Of a stretch of DNA of 64,000 nt, positions 53,320-63,100 are shown piece after piece. The notes under the pieces were generated by a model, which did no database searches, was not told the origin of the DNA, and was given only the letters and a program-made list of their open reading frames with translations. The translations under genes were made by a program, and so were the position numbers. Source of the DNA: Flavobacteriales bacterium (lineage in GTDB: Bacteria > Bacteroidota > Bacteroidia > DT-38). Where the stretch lies: assembly GCA_013214205.1 (NCBI GenBank), contig JABSPQ010000095.1, positions 5,886 to 69,885 on the forward strand. Direction: 5' to 3'. Positions within the stretch are counted from its first letter, which is position 1, and each line of letters begins with the position of its first letter.

Positions 53320-53925
53320 CTAATAAAATGACACACAGATTGGGGTGAGAGATTCAATGAAATCCAATAAAACAATAGATAAAATGATAATTGGCAGAAA
53401 CTCTGTGAGATGAATTTGCATTTTCTGTACCATGGTCATTATGTCATATTTTACTTTTCCAACATTAAGATTAAGTTTGCTCGCAACCTCTTTAGCAGTG
53501 AATCCTTCAAATCTGTTCAGTCTAAAAATTTGTTGACGAAGGTCATCTTCTTCCTGAAGGACTTCTTCCATCTTTAGAATTATTTCCATCTCAGTGGTAA
53601 AATCTGGGGTGAAACAATCTGTTTGGCTGGTCGCTACAAGATCGATTTTATTTGATCGGTGTTTCTCGTCTCTAATATAGTTTAAGCTGTTGCGGTGTAC
53701 TGCGCGTAGAAGATAGCCGAGCACATTGGATTCAATCTCAACCTCGTTTCGCTTTTCCCAAAGTTTAATGATGGTGTGGTGTGCTACTTCTTGTGCACTC
53801 TCTTGATCCTTAATTATTTTTCGGGCTTGCTTGTAAAGTATGGAGAAGTAATTGTCGTAAATGTATATGTACGCCTCTTCGTCATTCTTACGTAGCAATT
53901 CTAGAATATTTACCTTGTTAATCAA
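53320..53925 (-). CDS. ECF (sigma-70 family, group 4) RNA polymerase sigma factor
   Basis: Region 2 ...YIYIYDNYFSILYKQARKII.D...AQEVAHHTIIKLWEKR and a region 4 HTH ...FTAKEVASKLNLNVGKVKYDIMTMVQKM. Confidence 0.7.
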   Translation of the reverse strand: MINKVNILELLRKNDEEAYIYIYDNYFSILYKQARKIIKDQESAQEVAHHTIIKLWEKRNEVEIESNVLGYLLRAVHRNSLNYIRDEKHRSNKIDLVATSQTDCFTPDFTTEMEIILKMEEVLQEEDDLRQQIFRLNRFEGFTAKEVASKLNLNVGKVKYDIMTMVQKMQIHLTEFLPIIILSIVLLDFIESLTPICVSFY

Positions 53926-54198
53926 CTTTTCACCAAAAAATTACGGGCAAATGTACTTGTTATTAAGGTTGTAGGGCCTATTAACTCTGATAATTAGAAT
54001 ATGTTAAGCGAATGGTTTTTATATTGAGAAATGTAAGCTGATCAATATGCAGTGTATCAGTTAATTGTAAGTCGTGTCAGTGTTTTGTTGATAAAAAAGT
54101 GACTTTTTATCGAACTCGGTTGAAGTGCTTTGTGTCATGTATATCAGGTGGGAAAATTAACTTCCATCGATTGAGAAAATTAACACAAACTAGCAGTT

Positions 54199-57100
54199 AT
54201 GAATACAATTATTTCTTCAAATTTTAAGGCTTTCAAATTATTAATCGTGGTGTTGACAGTAATGTTTACGCAAATAATGAGTGTATCTGCTCAGTGCGAC
54301 CCAACTGTTACCAACAATGCAGTACTACTATATGTCAATGATCAACCGCTTACTAGTTCTTTAACGGACGGCTCTTGGTTAGAAAGCTACTACGATTATC
54401 AATTTAATTTCTATCAGGGTGGTGTGCAAGTGGCGTCTCATGAAATGGAGAGAGATGCCGAAGGGAATTTAATTTTATTAAAATATATTGACTTAGAAGG
54501 GATTTTTGTAGATGAAACCTACAATGTGAAAATTGCGATAAAAAATGCTGAAGGTGATAATTGGTCATGCGACGGAGACCTTCGTACGCTTCATCTCATT
54601 AACGATGCACAGGTTTTATATTGCGGCGAACATACGTTGCCAACAAACGTTACCGATAAAACTTGGTTTGCTGATTACGATGGATATCGATTTAACTTTT
54701 ATCAAAATAGCGAACTCGTTGCTTTTCACGAAATGAAAACAGACGAAGAAGGAAAGTTTATTATTGTTCAATATGGCGATATTGATGGATTAAATTTTGG
54801 GCAAACTTATGATGTGGCCATTGCAATTAAGCAAGATGGTGATGAAGCATGGTCGGTCGACGGTGTAAGTTGTTCCGTTACCTTTCCAACATGTTCAGCT
54901 AATAACCCTGCTGTAAATGTATCTACAATCATAGAAGATGCTTCTTGTGAAGAAGCGAGTAATGGAAAAATTGTAGCAACTGTTTCTGGTGGTACATCTC
55001 CTTTTGTGTATGAATGGAGCGATGAGTTAAAACAAACAAATTCAACTGCTGTTGAATTATCAGCCGGAACTTATACGGTAACGGTAACTGATAAGGTAGG
55101 TTGTTCATCGACCCAAACTTCAACTGTAACGCAAAAAGGTGGTGATTATCTCGTTAATGGCGTTGGAACAAGCACTACTTGTCATGGAGGAAATGACGGA
55201 AGTGCCGAAGTTGTAGTAGTGCAATCGGGCGAATCACAAACGCTTACCTGTGTTTGGGGAGAAGAAGCTGGTGTTCAGACAAGTTGCACTGCTACAGGTT
55301 TATCGGCAGGTTCTTATCCTGTAACCGTGGTAAATCAAAATGGTTGCAGTCCTAAATATCAAATTTCGGCTAGTGTGAAAAATGGTAGTGATTACCTTAT
55401 TACAGGTGTCGGAACAAGCACTACCTGTGATGGAGGAAATGATGGAAGCACCGAAGTTGTAGTAGTTCAATCCGAAGAAGAACAAACGCTTACATGTGCG
55501 TGGGGACCAGAAGTTGGAGCTACGGAAAATTGTACTGCTACAGGTTTATCGGCAGGTTCTTATCCTGTAACCGTAGTAAATCAAAATGGTTGCAGTCCTA
55601 AATATCAAATTTCCGCTAGTGTGAAAAATGGTAGTCATTATCTGGTTCAAGGTATTGGAACAAGCACTACTTGTTATGAAGGAAATGACGGAATTGCTGA
55701 AGTTGTAGTAGTACAATCTGAAGAAGAACAAACGCTTACGTGTGCGTGGGGACCAGAAGCTGGTGTTCAAACCAGTTGTACCGCTATTGGTTTATCGGCA
55801 GGTACATATCCTGTAACCGTAACAAATCAAAATGGCTGCAGCCCAACATATCAAATTACGGTTGAGGTGAAAAATGGTGTAAATCCTACAGGTAACTTGG
55901 CTCTGAGTATAATAACAGAAGTTACGAACGGGGTTTGTTCGGAAGAAGGCAATGGGCAAATAGCTACCGAGGTAAATGGTGGTACTACACCTTTTAGCTA
56001 CGCTTGGAGTGATGTCGCAGATCAAACCAGTGCAGTTGCAACAGGATTAGAATCCGGAACATATACGGTTACGGTAACGGATTTAATAGGGTGTTCTACT
56101 TCGAAAAGTGCTTCTGTTTTACAAGAAGGCAGCTCTTTAACAGATGTAGAATTTACTATAAGGAATGTGCAATGTAATGGTACCCTGGGAGCTGCTTTTA
56201 TAGATAAGGTTGTAGGCGGAAATACTTGGCCAACAGGATATTCTTATGCATGGTCTACTGGACAATCTGGTACGCATGCAGATGGCCTTAATATAGTGGA
56301 TGATTTACCTGCAGGAGAATATACAGTAACGGTTACAGATGCTTTGGGTTGTTCAATGGAAGAGACGTTTAGTATTGAAGCAGAGGATTGCGGCTGCGCT
56401 CATATAACTTGGATTAACGCTACTCAAGATGGAAAATGGGAGACAGCATCCAACTGGTCTACTGGAACCGTACCAAGTCCAAAAGATGCAGCCATTTTTA
56501 AAGATGCAACTGAGCAATATCCGTATTCAAATACAGATGCGGTTTTAAGCACCAATACATCTGTAGGACAAATAATAATAGAAGACAGTTACTCAGCTAC
56601 GGTTGATTTAAGTAATACTAATGAAGTGAAGCTTTCAAAACTAGAATTCGAATGTGCAACGGGCGACTTAACCATTAATGGCGGCTCGTTCAAAGCTCCA
56701 AATGATTTGTTCATGGATGGTAATCTATTAGTAGGTTATGCTAGTTACCTTCATGAAAACGGAACACTAAATTTTGTTGGAAATCTTCAGCAAACAATTA
56801 CTTCAATCGATGAAATAATTCTTCATGATTTCATAATCAACAATGAAGAAGGTGCCCTTTTATTAGGCCCAGATTTTATTATAGAAAATAGCCTTGACTT
56901 CCAATCAGGAATTATTTCTAATAGCAACAACCAAATCGTAATATTCGAAGACAATGCTGTTGCCTTAAATGCCTCTAATAACAGTTATGTGGAAGGTAAA
57001 GTCATGAAAACAGGAACCACTGATTTTGAATTTCCTGTAGGAAAAGCTGGAGAATATAGAATGATTGGGATTTCTGCACCTACAGAAAATTCGCACTTTG

Positions 57101-60100
57101 TGGCAGAGTACTTTAAAGGGCCAACACCAGATGTACAAGCAGATAATTTGCTGATGATAAATTACCTTGAATATTGGGAGTTATCGAGACCATTTGGTTT
57201 AGGATCCACTAATATTACTCTTTCATGGAATGAAAATAGTAGACATTTCAATCCGCTAGCAAGCATGGTGGTGGCGCAAGACATAAACAACGAATGGACA
57301 GATAAAGGGAATGGGTACGTTCATTCAAATGACTATGGCTACACTGGTGTAATTACCAGTAATAACGTAATAAGCTTTACCCACAACAAATTTACCATCG
57401 GATATAATGCAATTAAATTAGGATGTGGAACTAGTTCTTTGGCAGCTAATCAAAATATTGATAATTATCCTATTCCGCCAATTGATCCTTTCAACATATC
57501 TCCAGATAATATTGAACCTGATAATACGGCTCCAGTGGCCCCGATTTTATTTATAAAACCAGCAATAAATACAGTCCCTTTAGATCAGATTCTTTTTGAT
57601 GCTCCTTCAATAGCGGCCGCTCAATCAGCTGGTGCTACAGCGGAGCCCACTTATATTATCCCTGTGGCATTTCACTTAATTTATGATGACGATGGTGTAA
57701 GCAGCCCACTTGTAACCAAGGAAAGAATTGATGCTGCAATGAACGTATTGAATGAGGCATTTATAGGACAAGCGTCTATTGCGAATGTCACAGATCATGA
57801 TATGAGAATATCATTCTGTTTGGCGGAGTACGATCCTAATGGGGGTATTATTGATTACGATGGTTGTACAAATAATTATTCAATTCCGGTTTCAGAGGCT
57901 TTATTCTCATTAAGTGGAACAGATATGGTCACAATTGTCAATGCCACCAAACAATGGAGTAACAAAGAATATATGAATATTTATGTAGTAGATGATATTG
58001 TTAGTGATGACGGGCTGTCTATAGCAGGATTTGCAAAGTTACCCAGTGGATTATCTACAATAAATGGATTTGATGGTCTTGTAATGCGAAATAACATGGT
58101 TGGAGACAATGGCTTCTCAGCGATTCCTGCCCCCCCTCATCCATTAAATAATAATTATGACTTAGGACTAACGTTGGTACATGAAGCAGGACACTGGCTG
58201 GGATTGTATCACGTATTTGATCTTTATAACCTCAACCCAGCTAACCAGTGCGAAGATATTTCTTTTAATCAAGAAATATCAGATGCTACATGTAGTCATA
58301 CCGGTGATAGAGTTTGTGATACTCCTCCTATGTTTGGCACAAGCCCAGGAACACCCGTATTATGTAATTGGCTATCTGGAAACGAAAATACATGTATTGA
58401 AAGTGTAACATATGATGGTGTTCTTGAAGATAGAGATGATCCTACGGATAATTATATGTCTTATACCTCTGATCGATACGGAGATGGAGAAGCATGTAAA
58501 TATACATTTAGCGAGGGGCAAGGATTTAGAATGCGTCAACAAATAGGAGCTTATAGAAAGGACCTCGTAGGTACTTCAAACCTTATGTCAAAAATTACAT
58601 GTCCGTTTGATGCAATTATCGATGCTGAATTTACTGCGGACATAACTCAAATATGTATTGGAGAAAGTGTGAACTTTGAAGCAACTCAGCATCAAACTAG
58701 CACTGCAACATATACATGGGATTTTGGTGATGGAAATATTATTTCAGGTACAGGAATTGGTTTTGTAACAGTTAGTCATAATTATACCTTAACGAGTATA
58801 ACAGAAGCCTATACTGTTAGCTTAACAATTTCTGAAGCAGACCTCACTGCCTGGCCTAATTCTTCAACAGAAATAAAGAGTGAATTAACTTATGTGTCTT
58901 TATGTCCAACTATAGCAAGTTCAGAAGGACAATGGTATTTTAATAATGCTTGTGCATTGGATTTTTCTTCCGGGAAACCAGTTGCAAACAATAGTGCATA
59001 CGATACTGACTTAAATCAACCAACGATATACTCGCCATCATACTACCCTTCACTTTCTCAAAGTGATGCCAACGGTCAATTGGTGTTTTATGCTTCAGGA
59101 ATGACTGTATGGAATTCTCAGCACCATGAGGTCGAAACATTTAGTGGTTCGGGTCGAGTTTTATTATCTGTCTTAAAACCAAAGTCGAACCCACTTGATT
59201 TAGATGAATATTATATATTCTATCAAATTGATGGGATCCAAGCTGGTGCTGGGATTTATTATTCTATTTACGATCCCAATACTGATTTTTTATCCACGGG
59301 AACTCAAATAACTGGTCCGGGTGCTCAAAATAACTCACTGCAAACTAATGTAAGCACTTCTATGGAGGTAATACCTCAATGTAATGGAACTGATTATTGG
59401 TTGATATTTTTTGATGAGGCAGAAACTAATTTCTATGTAGGTGGTTTAACAGCAAACGGTGTTCAAACATTCACTTCTAATCCTTCAGGAATCCCCTCAT
59501 TTGGTCAAGATATATTAATAAGGATTAATGCCTCACCATCCGGAGATAAACTAATTATTTCATCCATGTGGTCGCAAACTTTTGGTGCATATTTATATAA
59601 TTTCGACATAGCAACAGGAGAGATTTCTAACGGTTTACAGATTGAAACAATAGGTGTTGAGGCTGCTAGTTTTAGTCCTAATTCTGAAGTGATATATCTT
59701 ATTGTTAAGAATTCTCAACCTACATTACATGTTGGGCTTAAGGCATATGATTTAACTAATCTCGCCAATATTGAAAGTAAACTATTAACCCCTTTTATAC
59801 CATGGGGTGGACCCAATAATCATCCGTGGTATTCGGATCTGCAAATAGGGCCTGATGGGAAAATCTATATCGCTGAATTAGGCGTCGGTAATGTTTTATC
59901 GACTCCCCTTCCTCCCAAAGGCAGGTTTTTATCTGTCATTAATTTCCCAGATGCTTATTCCAATTCTGGCTTTAATAAACGAAGTGTTCCTTTAAAAAGC
60001 CCATCATCAGCTATTAAATGGTCTTATAGACGGTTACCTCGAATAAACCAGGCTAAACCTATTCCAACCCCTGCACCAACTAGCTATGATGTTGTTACGG

Positions 60101-63100
60101 GATCCTCATGTAGGGAAGTTGAATTTTATGCTCCTGAATGTATCAATGTTACTTCATGGGATTTTGGTGATATGTCTAGTCCATCCACCGACACCGATCC
60201 AATACATGTTTTTGCTAATAGTGGTACTTATAATGTAACACTAAATTTTATTAAAAATGGTGCAATTTATTCTATTACTCAAACATATACTTTTGATCCA
60301 GTAATTGCGCCAACAATAACAGGCCCTGGTGCTGCATTGGGTTTGGTTTGCTCTTATGAGCTTGAAGTTCCTGGGCAGTTTTATAGTATCACAGGTAATT
60401 ATTCTGCTTGTAATTGGTCGGGAACTGGAGATGCAAATTCAATAATGGCTAACAATAGCCCAATTGTTGGAGCAAATTGGAATGCTTCACCGAGCTCTGG
60501 TGAGATTTCTGTGAGTTGTGTTGATGAAAATGCTTGTACAGTAAATAGTACCACCGGACCAATTATAATTTCATCTATCGATGGGTCAATTACGAGTTCT
60601 ATTGATCCTAGTTGCACGACTCTTGGTTCTGCTACTGTAACTATTATTGGGGGTGTTTCACCATATGAGGTGGAATGGTCTGGTGGGAATAGTAACAATG
60701 TAGTAGGTTATACATCTAATACTCATTCTGCTTCAGGATTGGCATATAGTCTTACGGGACAATCTGTTGTTGTTGCGGACGATAATAATTGCTTATTTCA
60801 AGACATTATTTACTTCAATAATGTAGGAGCTGTTTCTATTGATCAGGTCTATCTTATAGATCCTTCGTCAATAGGAGGAAGTAATGGGAGTATCGCTTTT
60901 CAATTGGGTTTAGGTAGTGGTGATAATTTTGATATTCAATGGTCTGATGCTTCATTTAACGAAACAGGAGTATTGGAGGGTCCAGTTAATTTAACGGGAT
61001 TGGTTGATGGAATGTACGATGTAACAATCACGAACAATGTTACATCATGTTCTATAGTGCAATCATTTAACTTGTTAGAACCAATAGACTGTTTTGCCTC
61101 TGCGAATATTATAACTCTATCAACAGCTTTGGTAGATCCATCTTGTATGCTTTCTGGTGATGGGACCATTGAAATAACAGCTACAGGAGGAACTTTACCT
61201 TATGATTACAATTGGTCTAATGGGGAAACAACAGAAGATTTAGTTGACCTTTCAGGAGGAGATTACACCATTCAAGTAACAGATGGCAATGGTTGTATTA
61301 CAAGTGCATTGTTCACCTTGACGGAGCCAGCAGAACTTGCTGTGTCAGGAACACCTGTTAATCTCACATGCTTTAGTTTGAGTAATGGAAGCATTGATTT
61401 AACTATTTCAGGAGGAGCTTTACCTTATGATTACGATTGGTCTAATGGAGAAACAACAGAAGACTTAGTTAATCTTTCAGGAGGGGATTACACCATTGAA
61501 GCAACAGATGACAATGGTTGTATCACTACCTCATTATTTACTTTAATAGAACCGTTAGAACTAACTTTGTTGGGTACTATAAATGATCCCTCATGCTTCG
61601 GTTTGAGTGATGGAAGCATTGATCTAACTATTTCAGGAGGAACTTTACCTTATGATTACAATTGGTTTAACGGAGAAACCTCAGAAGACTTAGTTAATCT
61701 TACAGGGGGAGATTATACCATTCAAGTAACAGATGGTAATGGTTGTATTACATCTTCATTGTATACCTTGACAGATCCAACTGAATTAGTTTTATCAGGT
61801 ATTCCTGTAAACCCTTCCTGTAACCTATTTTGCGGCGGCGCAATAGGGGATGGATCAATAGATTTAACCGTTATTGGCGGAACTGCGCCATATAATTATT
61901 TATGGTCTAATGCAGCTACATCTGAGGACTTAACCTCGCTTTCAGCTGGCCCATACGAAGTTACCGTTACCGATGATAACAATTGCGAAAGCACTACCTC
62001 AGCCACTCTTTTCAGTGGAAATCTAAATGTTGAACTTCAAGATTTATCTGTAGGCGCAACATGTGCAAACGCTAGCGGTGAGATACAAACTTCGGTTACA
62101 AGTGTTTTCTACTCTAATAATTGTGAACTCACTGAATCGGTTTGTTCTGGATTAGGTACAAATGAAATGTTCATAGATATACCTGTTAGCGGTTTAACTG
62201 GTGCAACTATTACTAATAATACGGTGGCAGCACTTTGTATTGATGGTTTCCAAGCAACAGAAGGCCATATGAGTATACAATTATATCCACCAGGAGCGGA
62301 TTTAACTGAGATGAAGTTGGTCACTGTTCTAGGAATTATGGGATCACCGTGGGGGCAATCAGAATACAATGACGTCTGTTTTAAAAATGGAAATTACACC
62401 GAAATTAGAGATGATATAAGTCCTTTTAATGGAACTTATTACGCCCCATTGGATCATAGCGATTTTGCCGGAATGGGGATGTCTGTTGATGGAACTTGGA
62501 AGGTGAGATTTGGATGGATATGTAATGATGAAGGAACTGGTACTTTCTTACCATGGACACTTGGGGAAAACGCAATTAGTCTACATATAAATGAAGTATC
62601 ACCAAACATCACCTACAACTGGGAAAGCACCACAACTAGTGTTCCATCGGGTGCCAATCCTTCTAATTTGTTAGCAGGTACATATACAGTTACTGTTGAT
62701 GACGGTGGCGCTTGTCCTCCTGTAGAAACCGTCGAAATTCTTAATGACTTAGGAATATGGGACGTGTACACCGAGGGTGAGTACTGCGATGGATTTGGAG
62801 GCTCCGTAGAATTTTATCATACAAATAGTAATCTTCTTACCTATGAATATAATATGGATGGAATTTTACAATCATCTACGGAAGATTGGCATTATCCATT
62901 AACACCAGGTATATATGGAATATCGGTTACTGATATAGATGGCTGTGAAAGGGTTTATAACGAAGTTATAACTGGTTCATCTATTGATTGTGCGACACAG
63001 CAATGCCATGCCAATTTGGGAATCACATCAATTAGTGAAAGTCCTGGTTCTACTTGTGCTTTGCTTGATGCTGATCAGGCGTTTACCCCATGTCCTGGAA

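Noticed and set aside
55138-55875. Regularly spaced near-identical repeats that could be mistaken for a CRISPR array.
   Set aside because: The units are 246 nt and directly abutting, with no unique spacers and no palindromic 25-40-nt repeat. They sit in-frame within a coding sequence that encodes Cys-containing protein modules.
55300-56025. Three mutually similar minus-strand ORFs (61, 74 and 77 aa, ending ...IFRTATILIY.GYRI.TCR) that could be taken for a small paralogous gene family.
   Set aside because: They are antisense reading-frame artefacts of the 246-nt tandem repeats inside the plus-strand giant ORF. Their similarity simply mirrors the repeat identity.
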